A stretch of 64,000 nt of DNA, taken from the NCBI GenBank assembly GCA_964016885.1, contig OZ024750.1, positions 744,001 to 808,000 on the forward strand, given 5' to 3'. A program made the translations under genes and the position numbers. The notes under the pieces were generated by a model. The model was not told the origin of the DNA and searched no databases. It was given only the letters and a program-made list of their open reading frames with translations. Below are positions 36,401 through 49,200 of this stretch, piece after piece. Source of the stretch: Eledone cirrhosa (Eukaryota). How positions within the stretch are numbered: position 1 is the first letter of the stretch; every line of letters starts with the position of its first letter.

Positions 36401-38025
36401 TTTGTCTGCTAATCGTTGGTCAGTTTGTTTAGGGGTACAACAGGCTTTTCTGTGGTAGTTTAATTCTAGATTGAGCATATTTTGAGTTAACTCTTAACAT
36501 ACTCTACGACATGAAACTACAATAGACTGGTCATGCTGGGGCACTTTTTTTTAATATAGTGGAGTAGGAATGGAACTTTCACCAGTCTAGCAAATTGATG
36601 TAATAGGCACATAAAGGTTTCTGATTAATATATAAACCCGTGTGTGTTATTCCTGGCTTTAATCATTCTAATATTCTAATTCCAGGATGAACGCCGTATT
36701 GTCTATGTTGGCAAATTACCTCTGAATTATACCTCGAATCAGTTAAAGGAGTTGTTTAGCACGTGGGGTCCTGTGGAAAAAGTCAGTTTACATTTCAGGG
36801 AACATCAGTAAGTACAGGTTTTATGCTTGTGTTTTTCACTTTTAGCATGAGATCGTCTTTATCACCTTTAAATGTTCATCTTACCGTACTAAGATGGGTT
36901 GAGTTGTGAGACAGGTCAGGTCAGGTGACCGTGTCTTGCTCATACAGAACTGTTTATGGTTGTGTGTGTGTGTATATATATATACACACACACACACACA
37001 CCAAACTTCCTTCTAATACCAGCATTATATTAAATTACATCTTTTTATTCTTACAGAGATAACTATGGATTTGTTACATTTTACCACCAAAGTGATGCCT
37101 ATCTCAGTATGGATGGTATGTGTTGAATTTTTAAATATGATTTTGATGTAAATTCTCAATTTTAGTTGATCTGTGTATTTACAGAGCTTTTCTATATAGA
37201 TATTTTAGTCAAATGCAAACATTGATATTAACCTTTTAGCATTTAAAGAGGTCGTATCTGGCCATAATTGTGTCACCTCTTTCTTTTGAAACCAGCCATA
37301 ACCGATTGCTTATACTTATGTTAAGGTATTGTTTTCAAAATAAATAACATCAAAATCTCATAGATTCGATATTATGAGAGATAGAGCCTTTACCATGAAA
37401 ATACAATATATAGTATAGAGTCATGTAAATGCTAAAGGTTTAAATGACAACCTTAGTTTCTCGTGTGTAATTGTTAGCTATATATTTTCTCATAAATTTT
37501 CTATTTTTTAGCAACCAGTAAAATACAAGATTTTCCATTTGATGTTTGTTTTGGAGGACGGAGAACATTTTGCCAAGAAGCTTACGCTGATCTTGGTAGG
37601 TGTCAGTTTATCCTGTATAACACTTGATGTGTATTTGTATAGACTTTATATTTTGTCAGAGTGAAAGAATTGACAGATAGAAACAAACTGATGAAAGTGA
37701 TAGTGAGAAGATAAGATAAAAGAGTAATTATTCTTTACACACACACATATACGTATACACACAGACAGAAAACGTGACTTGGAAGAAAAGTGAATCCTAG
37801 TTATTGTGATTTCTATAAATTAAAATCTGAGATGCTGTTTTCCTATGAAATAGTTGATATAAACTGATTTCAGTGCAATAGTGAAGCATGTTTAGACTTT
37901 TATTTACTTTAATCTTTTCAGATGGGTTGGTGGAAGAGGAGGAGGAGTTTGGAACAGTAATCAAATCATCTAATGTGTCGTTTGAGCAACTTTTGAAAGA
38001 GTGGAAACGTGACAGGAAACTTTGA
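17913..38025 (+). CDS. PPRC1: PGC-1 family transcriptional coactivator (PPARGC1/PPRC1/spargel-like), ~946 aa; exons 17913-17917, 19957-19982, 23572-23637, 25664-25691, 27100-27386, 27888-29634, 34664-34927, 35886-35934, 36686-36807, 37057-37115, 37512-37595, 37922-38025
   Basis: C-terminal RRM DERRIVYVGKLP...HFREHQDNYGFVTF...FDVCFGGRRTFC..YADLD...FEQLLK is diagnostic of the PGC-1 family; DHDY HCF-binding motif; RS-rich exon. The 12 exons sum to 2841 nt in one frame. The first two exons are inferred only from splice sites and phase. Likely co-orthologous to PPARGC1A/B and PPRC1. Confidence 0.88.
19957..19982 (+). CDS. PPRC1: PGC-1-like candidate microexon (NNGSNLHD)
   Basis: Strong tttctttttctttcag acceptor, ACA|gtaagt donor, phase 2/1. 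Confidence 0.5.
23572..23637 (+). CDS. PPRC1: PGC-1-like exon (VIEATSYNRLLSQFEDLVAAS)
   Basis: tttcag / G|gtaaga, phase 1/1, open frame. Confidence 0.65.
24302..24813. mobile_element. Element bounded by inverted repeats, containing a LINE-tail remnant
   Basis: ccacttaacatttgtactcagataagga (~24333) is inverted at ~24753; outer tgttgcaaag / ctttgcaaca. Confidence 0.6.
25664..25691 (+). CDS. PPRC1: PGC-1-like microexon (ELSPVQKLIS)
   Basis: ttgcag / AG|gttagt, phase 1/2; resembles the PGC-1 LXXLL box context. Confidence 0.7.
27100..27386 (+). CDS. PPRC1: PGC-1-like exon
   Basis: ttccag / A|gtgagt; open in ORF 27074-27460; phase 2/1. Confidence 0.8.
27888..29634 (+). CDS. PPRC1: PGC-1-like large exon (DHDY motif, basic NLS-like PKKKKK, Cys cluster)
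   Basis: 614-aa ORF; tttcag / TC|gtaagt; phase 1/2. Confidence 0.9.
29792..29985 (-). mobile_element. TTAA-flanked piggyBac-like MITE (family P1)
   Basis: ttaa|cccttcagcattta...taaatgctagaggg|ttat. Confidence 0.75.
30293..30770 (-). mobile_element. RTE family B 3' fragment (ORF end plus UTR)
   Basis: Reverse complement of ~15020-15635. Confidence 0.88.
31193..31575 (-). mobile_element. CORE-like tRNA SINE with RTE family A tail
   Basis: Same family as 12504-12868; its tail matches LINE 5180-5345 along its full length. Confidence 0.88.
33579..34123. mobile_element. Foldback element (~100-bp inverted arms 33579-33679 and 34025-34123) with a SINE in the middle
   Basis: The arms are near-perfect reverse complements. 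Confidence 0.85.
33680..33980 (-). mobile_element. CORE-like tRNA SINE, tail clipped
   Basis: Same family as 12504-12868. Confidence 0.85.
34664..34927 (+). CDS. PPRC1: PGC-1-like Ser/Arg-rich exon
   Basis: SSPSTSDS...SSSRSTSP...RDRSPSP...RLRSPYR; ttttcag / AG|gtatgt; phase 2/2. Confidence 0.87.
35521..35765 (+). mobile_element. LINE family C 3' fragment (colinear copy)
   Basis: [42 protein letters not shown]..; tagataga tail. Confidence 0.8.
35886..35934 (+). CDS. PPRC1: PGC-1-like exon (RRNSMRNTYHDKDSHQ)
   Basis: ctccag / CAG|gtaaaa; phase 2/0 bridges its neighbours. Confidence 0.8.
36116..36333 (-). mobile_element. piggyBac-like MITE P1
   Basis: ttaa|ctctttagcattta...taaatgctaatgag|ttaa. 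Confidence 0.8.
36686..36807 (+). CDS. PPRC1: PGC-1-like RRM exon 1
   Basis: DERRIVYVGKLP...VSLHFREH. Confidence 0.92.
37057..37115 (+). CDS. PPRC1: PGC-1-like RRM exon 2
   Basis: DNYGFVTFYHQSDAYLSMD (RNP1). Confidence 0.92.
37232..37439 (+). mobile_element. piggyBac-like MITE P1
   Basis: ttaa|ccttttagcattta...taaatgctaaaggt|ttaa. Confidence 0.8.
37512..37595 (+). CDS. PPRC1: PGC-1-like RRM exon 3
   Basis: PFDVCFGGRRTFCQEAYADL. Confidence 0.92.
37922..38025 (+). CDS. PPRC1: PGC-1-like terminal coding exon
   Basis: DGLVEEEEEF...SFEQLLKEWKRDRKL*; AATAAA at 38229 and 38239, distal candidates at 40288 and 40303. Confidence 0.9.
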
Positions 38026-41000
38026 TGTTAGGGTTTAAATATTTTTAAAGTAGTAAAACAATGGAAAAACCTGGTCACCTCATGAATTTTTTTTCTTTTC
38101 TTTTCTTTTCTCCATTTCTTGTGACTATTATGGTATTTTCTAAGACCAAAATTTATGTAATTTGTGAATTGTTTCACATTAAATGGCATTTTATTTGTAG
38201 AAATGAGTAAACATTCATTTCTCAAATTAATAAATGCAAATAAAAATACTGAAGTAGAGATGCTACTGAAATCTTTCCTAAAATTAAGTAAAATTGCTAT
38301 TTTTTTTTTTTTTTATATTATCTTATAATTATGATTTGGAAATGAATTAGTTATTTTGTAAAAGCCGTTTGGTGCAGGTCAATAGATAAAAGTTGTGACT
38401 CTTTTATCAGCCTTACTGTTCAAAATTACATGTATAAAGGGATCTGTATTTGAATTTGTTCTTTTTTTGTTTAAACCATGTTGTTTTCTTTCTAATCTTG
38501 AAGGGCTTAATGGGTTTTCCTGGTGATTTATATACATTTGTGATCAGTCTTCATGTTCTTCATTTATGTTTGCATCTGTTTGTTAAAATTTATTCAAGTT
38601 AACTACAAAACTCTTCAGTCGAATTTAATTTTCTTGTCTACTTTATTGTCTATGAAAAAAAAATAATGGTTAAAGACTCACAGAAAAAATTTGGTTTGAT
38701 AAATAAAGGCAGGTGTGATTTGGGACTGCAGCAGAACTAATAATAGTATGTTTAATTTTGTAAGAAATATAATCATTACATTGAATTTGGCAGGTTTTAT
38801 AGTATTTTGTTTTAGTTATCTCCCCTTTCCTGTATCAGTTTTTAAAGACATTACAATAATTTGAGAAGCTCTCACTACTAGGGAATGGCATTGGATTATT
38901 GAGATGAGTCTTTAGATTCTAAGGACCATTATTGGGGAAGCATGATCATACTTTCTATTTTTACCTGTTTGGCTAAATATAAATCTTCACTATAAACACA
39001 TTAAACCATTCTTTATTACAATATTGACTGGGTGTGGAATTCATTACAATATAATGCATATAAATGTTTATTACACCAGATGGTTCTCTAATTCCATTTT
39101 GTTACATTCTTCAAGATACTGTTACTCTTCTTCAGTCAAACCTTTCTGAATTTTTTTGTTAATGTCTGAAAATATTTTAGATTTCTTAGTCAACTTAAAT
39201 TGTTCATAGTTTCAATATAATTTGATTCAAATGAAGCTTTTAAATCTCTCTATATATTTCGAAAGTGATGTCAGAAATTATATTAAAAAAAAAAAAAAAT
39301 GTATATATATATATATATATATAATTTTTTACCAAGTTCTAAGACAATATTTTGGTGAAATGTGAACTTGGGACTCCTTTTTGTGATAACCTGGTGTATC
39401 ATGGCTGTGAACAACATTACTTAACATCAATATTGGTCTTGGGGAGATATTAAGGAATTTGATGTGATATTACATCAATTTTACCTCTTAGTGTAATGTT
39501 TAAAGTCTTTAATGCTAGATATAACTTTTTATAAAAGCTATATCTAGACTTCCCAATGTGAGTAGTTATATTTCTCAGTTTTCAAGTGATTTGTTTTAAA
39601 AGTTCTTTTCTGATTGTCCTCAGTATTTCTATTGTTTATGTTTAAATGCTCGGTTGAGCTTTGTTTTCACTAACAGATCCCCATTGACTACATGATGTCA
39701 AATTTTGAAAATTCCTTTAGTGTGTATGTCAATATTAAGTGTGTAAGAGTCAATATTAAGACCCCCCCCCCCCCCAATTTTAGACTGTGCTCTTATCAGC
39801 ACACTGATTAAAACATTTCCCTCATGTAGAAAGTTTATTTTTCTGAAATTGATATTTCTACTACATGTATCCTGGCTGCTTCAATTTTACCAATAGAACA
39901 TTTTTTTTTTTTTAGTTCCTTCCATATTTTTCATCTTTCAATCAATCATGTTCAAATTATAAAACATTTGCCACTCCAAACTCAGTTTCTATTATTATTA
40001 TCTCAATCTTTTTTTAATTGGCAAGTGTGTGGTGCTTGCGCTCTGAACTTGTAATGCCTATTCTTAAAGTATTTTTTTTTTCTCTCCCCCACATTCAAAC
40101 TTCTCTCATTACTGGTTCAAATATAAAATATTTTGTAAATATGAAGAACCAAATTGGTGACTGAGAAACTGTCTTGGATTTTGAACACTTTTCTCTGAAA
40201 TTCATAAAATCCAGGTGTTTTAATTATTTAATTTAAAGCTAATGGCATAAACTTTGTCTTCAATTTATCCCATTTTGTTATTTTGTAAATAAACATTTTT
40301 AAAATAAAACCCCGATTCATTTTTTCTTGCCCTCACAATCCTTTGTTTGGCATGAATTTCTATGGTTGGATACCTTTCCTATTACCACTTTAGGTGTCCT
40401 TGACACTAGTCCTCTCAAATCTTTTTCTTTGTACAGTAAATTGTTTGTGTCCCTTTAAAGTGCTTGCCAAGTAAAACTAGTAGGGCTCCTGTAATATGTT
40501 GTACTTGTAATTCAAACAGGTTTCCATTTAGCCTATTTCATTGACAGGCTTTGGAACATCGTGGCAAATACATCTATGGTTCCATGTAGTAGGATCAAAC
40601 CCAGCTTGTAACTATGTAGCAAATGTAAATCTGCTTTACTGAGGAAACCTAGACTCCATTTAGGCTGGAACACAGTGGACTGTCTAAGCTACAGGAGTTG
40701 TCTTCCTTTATATACAATCTATAAATGCCATTAGGAGGAAAGGAGAAAAACTTTTTTTTAAATAAAAGAATACAAAATAGGATAACAATGAAATAAGTGT
40801 GTAAAAACTTTAATGCAAACACACACACATTAAAAAAAAAAATCACACAGCTGTCAGTATTCTGAAAAGTGATGATGCAACAAGAGAGAAGCACACTGCT
40901 TCAATGTTTTAGCCCCCAGCAGTTGTCACTCTTCACAAAGCTAACTAAACAGTTTTAGCAGCATCACCAAGGCATTATTAAGTTGGTCTCTTTTTTTTTA

Positions 41001-43048
41001 AATTTATTTCATACATTTCCTCAAAATAAAATAAAAATAGAATGGAATTTTGAATGATTTCATTAGAAATGACTATTGCTATATATTTTGTTCATAGTTT
41101 AATGAGGAATATTTCCTGCCAAGTCCTTCACATGTTTGAGATGTCATGTTTTATCAACAGTCATTTAACTTGTAAAACAAGGAAGAAAAGTTTATTTTTC
41201 TTTTCTAGTCCAACAGGCTGTTAGGGCCATAGAAACAAAAAGATCAAATATACCAACTGAGGGGGTTGTTATGTCCACATCCTGCTAATCTGTTGGCAGA
41301 AATTAATAAAATAGCACAAATATAAAGTTTTCAGAGATAGAATTTCAGTCTTTTATTAGTATTATATATGAAAAGAAGCTGCCTAAAAGGCCCTTTCAAT
41401 GTGAATGACTGCTTCATGACAGTCAGATTTGTTTAGACAAGTAAATCTCAAACTTGAAAAGGAACTCATCATTTTCCATATTGTGAAAGAAAATATTACA
41501 ATGTTGCAGCCATGAAAGTGTTATCTTCAAAGAAGTCTGCTACCAATATAACAGCTATAATCCACAACCCTTTAATATGTGAATAAGACAGAGAAGCTAA
41601 AGTTTGAGCTCATTTTATTATGGGAAAAAAAAAAAAAAAAAAGGATAGACCACATTAATACCAATAAAAAGAAAAAAAACTAGATCAATAAGTATTGACC
41701 TTCAACCCCTTCCCCCAGCAATATTTTGAAATAGTTTAATCGGTAACAGAAGCTAAATATGTTTATCCCAGAATTACTTCATAACTTATAACAGCATTCT
41801 TATTTCTACAACCAATATCTTAAATATTGGTTTGAAACTGCTGTTAACAAAAAAAAAAAAACTGTCCAGATTATTGCATTCTTAGAATTAAACGATACAA
41901 TAACAAATTCCATAATTGAAGATTTGTCTAACGAGAGCCACAACAGCAAGTCAAAATACTAATCCACTTAAATAATATTTAAGAATGAAGGGGAAAAAAA
42001 ACAAACACCCACCCCGATATAATGGCAACCAACAGCAGTTTTCCTGAGTGAAATACACAACCAGATTAAAACCCTCTAAACGGTATTTACCATTTGTTGT
42101 CAGACACTAATATACAACAATGGCAATAGTGTCTATCAGTACCAGCAACTGATAAAGGAAACTAGAAATATGTAACAAACCTCCCACCACAATACTCTAT
42201 ATATAGATCATAGTTGCAATAAATACTCTCTATATAGATCATAGTTGCAATAAATTTCTTGTAATACGTCAAGGACTCCAAACATTTTATTCTGATAGAT
42301 AAAAACTTTAATGGCTGTCAGCTTAGCAATGTCTAGAGTAGCAGAGATTAGAAACACCAGGGAGAAGATATAACGGTGGGGAGCAACTTAAAAAAAAACA
42401 AATTACTTATGACAGAAAATGTTTAAAAAACAAAACCAAACAACAATAAATATAATAGAGAGCAAAACTGAGTGAATATTAGAGTCTAAATGTTGAAGTG
42501 TTTAGAAGATAAAGGCAAACTGAAGTGTAGAAAAACCTGCAGAAACTAGTTTTAGAAGGAAAAAAAAAAAAAATGGTGTGGAAACAAATTCCTAATAAAA
42601 TTGAACATATACAAAATATGAAGAATATTGTAAACATATTCCTGCTGTTCCCTATTAAAGAAACTATTCACGTTTAGAATAGGGAAGATATAAACATCAT
42701 CTGTTGAAAGATTAGTCTCAATAGTTTGCTGCTTCTTTTGCTGTGAAGGTGAAACTTCATCTATTTTAAGAAGCAGAAGTGTCAATGAATTCCATAGAGC
42801 CCTACAACAATGAATGGTCAAAGAAATATCCTTGGCAGCATCACTAGAAATGAATTCCATTTGGTAACATTTCTAATCCAAGTCTGTGCAGAAGGAGAGA
42901 TTCTGGTGTCCAGTTATGAGATATGAATAATCCATTGTCGAGGGCAGCATGATAAATAGATTATCCATTATTATCCAGCAGAGCATACAAAATGGTAATC
43001 CAGTGTCCAACAGAGTTAACAAAAAAATTTGATCACAATGAGTAAAAT

Positions 43049-43251
43049 TCAAAAGTAATCTGACCGTTCCCTCGCTTCTCGATGTCCAGCAAGTACTTGA
43101 GCAAATTTCTTTTTATCAATCGACAGTCGAATTGCTTGTACACTGCGAAACAATTGGTCTGACGATATATCCTCTGGTAACTTAGTAAGGAACTGGGCAA
43201 GATGGATAAAATCCATTTCTAGTAGAAGATTTTGGTAGAGATGTAAAATTC
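43049..43251 (-). CDS. TBC1D14: TBC1D12/14 terminal coding exon
   Basis: [27 protein letters not shown]...RSDYF*. Confidence 0.92.
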
Positions 43252-46200
43252 CTGAAATAATTAAGACAATTATGTAGAAAATAAAAGTAAAAAACTTAAA
43301 AGTGAAGATTTGAAAGTTGAAATGTTATCATAGATCTACAAGTTCCAAACATTACTTACTGAGTGGGGTGGAACTCAACAAATCTGATCAAGGAAACAAT
43401 GTTTCCATTACTGATACTATCTACTGTTTACAACTCCTGGCATCTTATAATAACCAACAAAACCTCCTGCATATATTTGAGAACAGTTCTAAGTGATATA
43501 AGGCCATTTTCCTTACCAGAGTGGAAATTAGTTTTGCAGGTTCTCACTGGGTTCTTTTTAAGGCAATATTTTACATGGCAAGAAACCCTTCTTAGCAGCA
43601 GCCCTTGTAGTCATCCCTTACGATATGCAGGGATTCAGTGAACCTATTCTAAACCAGATACACAAGGCTAAAAATACATTATACACTGAAGTATTTTTAA
43701 ATTACAATATATTGTTTTCCAGGTTCACTGAATTACAGTATTAGTATATAAACGAAACTTAAGAAATATCAACGAAACATTTACCTCTAATCAGATCACA
43801 CATAATTCTATAGAAATACTACAGTTCAATATTTAAGACTGTCAGAGATTTAAAACGCTGATAAGTAACTCAATGTTGTGTTTGGACACCTCAAACATCT
43901 TGAACATACATATCCAACATGTTTCCTTCCGTCTTTAGAAATAAAATTACTCACCCAAGGCAGTTCTAAATAGAAATTCTTCTCCATCACGGCAAAAAAC
44001 ATCCCAAACTCTGCATGCCACATCAAGGGGTAACGATCTGCTAAATATGGTAAATATCCTACGGAAAGAAAAAACATTATTATTTGACATGATTTTTCAT
44101 GCTGGCATTTGTCAGATTTGAGTTGTTATAGATCAAATTAATAGCTGTTGTCCTCCTAGTTGGGTTACGGGCCACATCTAGCTCAAGATGGCATGGTTTC
44201 TATGGCTGGATGCCCTACCTAATGACAAATATTCTATAGAGTGTACTGCGTATGTTTATCATGGCATCAGCACACGAGAGGTCATTGTGCCTTTATCACA
44301 ACTGTAATATCTGTCCACTTTACCTTGTTCTAACTGAGGCCAATCACTTTATAGAGTGGACTGAATGCAGTGACTCTCAACACTAGAAAGGTCACCTTGG
44401 TAAATATGACATGATCAATAGTGAAAATAGAATGGGTATGGTGTCTACAACAATTTAGAGAGACACAATGTTTGTGGTCAGTAAAATAAAACCTGAAATA
44501 CAACAAAACAAATAAAAGGAAAGAGAATATAATTAATGATAATTTAAAGAATCATAGATTTGATTAATGAAAAGCAAGACAAATTCAATTACAAGAAGAT
44601 TTGGTTAATATGTAGCAAAGTGGAGGAAATTGCAGACATAGAAATATCTCTAAATTACACTTTCATCAAAGCCTTCTTTGTTATGGGTTTTGAAGTTGTC
44701 TTTTGTAAGAATAGCTAGAATAAAATGTCCTTAATACTAGGGAGTGTTAATATTAACCATTTCCTAGCTTAACTCTTTTGATACCAAACTGCCTGAAACT
44801 GCTCCTGGTTCTACAATACAAATCAATTTATTTTAATGCGTTTATATTTATCTAGAGCCTTTGTTAAGTTATATTCCAAACACTAACTTGATAATGAGAA
44901 AGTTAGTCATATTAATAAATAAATCTCACAAAATTGATTATTTGAAAATCATAGGTAGTGTTTTTCAAAAGAAATATGGTAAGAAAAGGGTTAAATAAAA
45001 AGAACTAAAGTCAATTCTCCAAAGGTCTTTATATTTAATACATATTTCCTAACAAGTTGACCACTTTAGTACAAAATAGTAATATAACTAATTTTCTTAT
45101 CATTAAGCTGCTGTCTGGGACATAAAGGTTCTCCCATAAAAATTATGGTGGAAAATTTTTAGATAAATATCAATAGTTTAAAATAAACAGTTTTGTATTG
45201 TAGAAACAGAGGCAGTTTGGTATGAAAGGGTTAACTAATAGTAACTTACCAATCTATAGTTTGCTATGAAAGGGTTAACTAATAGTAACTTACCAATCTA
45301 TAATGTAAATGTCAGGTGTCAAGTTCTGTCTTCCAAAATGATGGTGAAGTTGGGGCATATTTTCCAATAGAAACTCATCGTAAGTATCAAAATAAGACTT
45401 CATCTAAAAAAAGAAAATAGAACATTGAGTTATATAAAGAACACAGACTTCAGACTGGTGGTATTTGGTGCTATAAGGAAAAACAAGGTACACTTTACAG
45501 TGATAAAAACCTTTTCCAATCACAGGAAGGATCCATAGAAGTGGTTGATAGCTTCTGCTACCTAGGTAACCTAATTAGCAGCATATGAGGGCGCTCTGAG
45601 AGCATGATAGCTAGAATAAGGATAGGATGGAAAAAGTTTAGTGAGTTACTCCAACTCTTGACAACAAAAGGTTTCTCCTTATGTAAAAAAGGATGACTGT
45701 ATGGTGCCTGTGTGTGAAGTGCACTGCTGCATAGTAGTGAAATATGAGCAGTAACTGCAGAGGACATGTAGACTGGAGAGAAATGAAGCAACGACGCTTC
45801 ATTGGATGTGCAATGTAAATGTGAGCATCAGCCAGGATACTTTGTGGTTTCAGTTCAGAGTGTATTCTCGTTCTCAGTTCAAATCCCACCTGCTGTCACT
45901 GGAAAAGTAATGACATGATAGAACTGGGCATCCCACCTATCATTAAAACACCCAAGAAACCTCATCTGAGATGTAACATCATAGGAAGCCAACCAAACCT
46001 TTGTAGGCATGAGCCATAATAGCAACAAACAAACATGCCTTAGAAACAAGACATTTTAATGAGACACTAATGAGGCTACAATTGATACAATGAAAACAGT
46101 GACTCTTTTGTTCCATTCTGTTGTGGCATGTGATTGAGTGTATGGGTGGCTCTTTTTTTTTATATAATTTTTAAAAAAATACAAATTGTATTTATGCATC

Positions 46201-49200
46201 AATATATATTTAAAAAATATTTTAGTTCTAAAGAAAAAGTAATTTTGCTCACCATTCCTTCATCAACACGGAAGAAAGCAACCTGGCAGGGACCATTCAA
46301 AAGATTTGCAAAACAGATAAATGCATCAGCTACCTCCATGTTCAACAGCAACACAGCTGCCAAGAAAGACATTCCTTGAACCTAGCAATACAAAATACAG
46401 AGAAATGTTAGAAACTAACGTTGTATTGTTTATTTCTACAAACTATACCAGTTTAACTGTCGTCGTACTGGTATACCAATTTAACTGTTGTGGTATTATC
46501 TGAAGCTCTACCAATTCTACCAATCCACCAACCTTCAATTATATTCTTGGAGTTCTGCTGGAAATCCTGAAGAATGTGTCAAGTGTGACTATAGTTGTTA
46601 TTTAAATCTATATTTATAGTAGAATATATATAAACTTACATAACCAACATCAGGCCGATAGCAGGCATAGGCCCCTAAAAGGCTGTGTAAAAGATCATGA
46701 TAAGGTCCACCCTGCAAAGAAAATAATTTTATGCATCATAAAAACAAAATGTTAAATAACAGCCAAGTAGTTTGAAATAGCCAAATAGCTTTATTGCACA
46801 AAATATATAAAAAAAAAATATATGTAGAAAACATTCTGCTCCAAAAATGCCAGTTTTCTCTCACAAAAAATTCCATATTTGAATAATTAAAAAAAAAAAT
46901 TTACACAACTTTGCGTTTGTCTCTCTTCACATACACCACACACACTGACTCTCTTGTTGTACATATTTATAGATATAATTGTGATCTTCTGAGCAAACTC
47001 CATGTATGTATAATATATAAATACTGATGGTATTTGCAACATATTTAATAAATTGTTCTTATATAAAACTATGTTAGAAGAATTTAACTTAAATAGAAAC
47101 CCTTTAAAACGGGTAGTTTTAAAATTTTTTTATATAACCAGAGATAGTTTTGGGTGAGTTGATGTCAAAAGAATTATCGTATATACTTAATATAATCCAA
47201 TTCAGATACAAGTGGACTCCTCCCTCATCCTATTTTATGCCTGAGAAATGGGCAAAAATCCAAACCCCATAAAATGGTGAAAATATTGAGCCTGAATATA
47301 AGTCTCCCCCTCCATTTTACCATTAATTTTTTTGGTTACATATTGTTTTGCTTATATTTGAGTATATAAGGTAAATATGATGGCACCTATTTCAAGACCA
47401 TCATCTGGCTATTCTCAATACAGTCTAAATTGTTTCAAGTACTCAGACTAGGTTTTAGTCTGAATATATCTCAATATTTTGATAGTTCCTACTGCAGTAA
47501 CCTATATATCTGGGTTATATAGTCTCAGCAGAAGCCTAATAAGGTCATGGCTGCTGTCCTTTCTCCTCTAAGCCACAAAAAGTAAAGTATGTTAGTGAGT
47601 TAATATGGTCATAGTTTTAGAGATTACTACAAAGTCAAATTTCATCAATTATTATCAATATTTGACTATGAAGTTGAAGTATATTTGAGATCAGGCAACT
47701 TTACATACAATTAGACATGTGATTAGCAGGCAACTCTACATACAATTAGACATGTGATTAGTGGCAGTTAATATAATATTTAATTGCTTCTTTATTAATT
47801 TCATCAATTTCATGTCTTAACAAAACTTATCACGAACAAATTTTATTTCTAAAAAGTGTGTAGCCAATATAAGATAGGAAAACTCTGGAATAATTCTTTG
47901 GGGTATATATGTAATGCAGAAGAAATTATATCGGAGCTATTTTCATTGTTGTTGCACAATCTTGGAAAGAAATATGGTAAATCTTGTCATTAGTTTGATC
48001 TATAACTGGAAACTTTAAATAATAAATACTTACTTTCTGGAAGATACAGAATTGTGGAAAGGTGCGAGAAACATCCAATTTTATCAGATCCACACTAGCT
48101 TCCTTGCTGGACGGAAGGTCAGAACAACCTAGAGAGAAAAAAATAAACATGATATATATATCATCATCATCGCCGTTTGATGTCCACTTTCCACGCTAGC
48201 ATGGGTTAGACGAGTTGTCCTATTTGAGCCAGGTTGGGTCAGGTGACCGTATCCTGATCATACAGAACTGTTTCTGACTAGATTTCTACAGCTGGATGCC
48301 CTTCTTAATGCCAACCATATTTACAGTCTTGGCTGGGTGCTTTTTGTCACGACACCTCACAACCACTTTATATATATATATATATACATGATTAATACAA
48401 ACATTGCTGTTTCTATGTAAACTTTCCTTTATTCAATGAACAAATTTTAAGAAATATATAAACGAGTATAAAGTAAAGGCTAAGGTTAGGGATGTTCATT
48501 AAACTAATTTAGTAATTGGGAGAAGAATATAGTATTACTATTTTCCTATTTTGATTAAAAAATAACAACAAATGAGAAGGAATTTAAGATAATCTTAGAA
48601 GAGATATACATAGAAACTATGGCAAAAAACTAGCTTGTATGTTAGATATGAAATTTAATTAAGTCATATTTTGTTGACTAGGAGTGGTAATATATTTCAG
48701 TAAAGAGAAGATAGTCATGGCTAATAACATCATCTGGTTACTTATTCCTGACAGGGTCGTGGGGACAGAGTCCTCAAACACTCCTTCCAGCAAGTCCTAA
48801 CAGAAGCAACCACCTCCAACTGAACCAGATGGATCCCCAAGTGAGACCAGCTGAGTTCATGGATGTTATCCATATATCTTGCCAAGGGTCCACTCCTGGA
48901 TCTCCTGCCAGTTAGTTTTGCCCATAAAAACCATTTAATATTAAATATACAAGAGTGAAATTTGAGACAGAGTTAAAAGTCATTCAGTGAGTACATTGCT
49001 TTGTGTGTATCACCCATGGCTGGGGTAGGAGAACGAGAGAGAATGGTGGAGCATGGCTGGGGTAGGAGAACGAGAGAGAATGGTGGAGCATGGCTGGGGT
49101 AGGAGAAGGATGGAGCATGGCTGGGGTGGGAGAATGAGAGAGAATGGTGGAGCATGGCTGGGATAGGAGAAGGATGGAGCATAGCTGGGGTAGAAGGATG

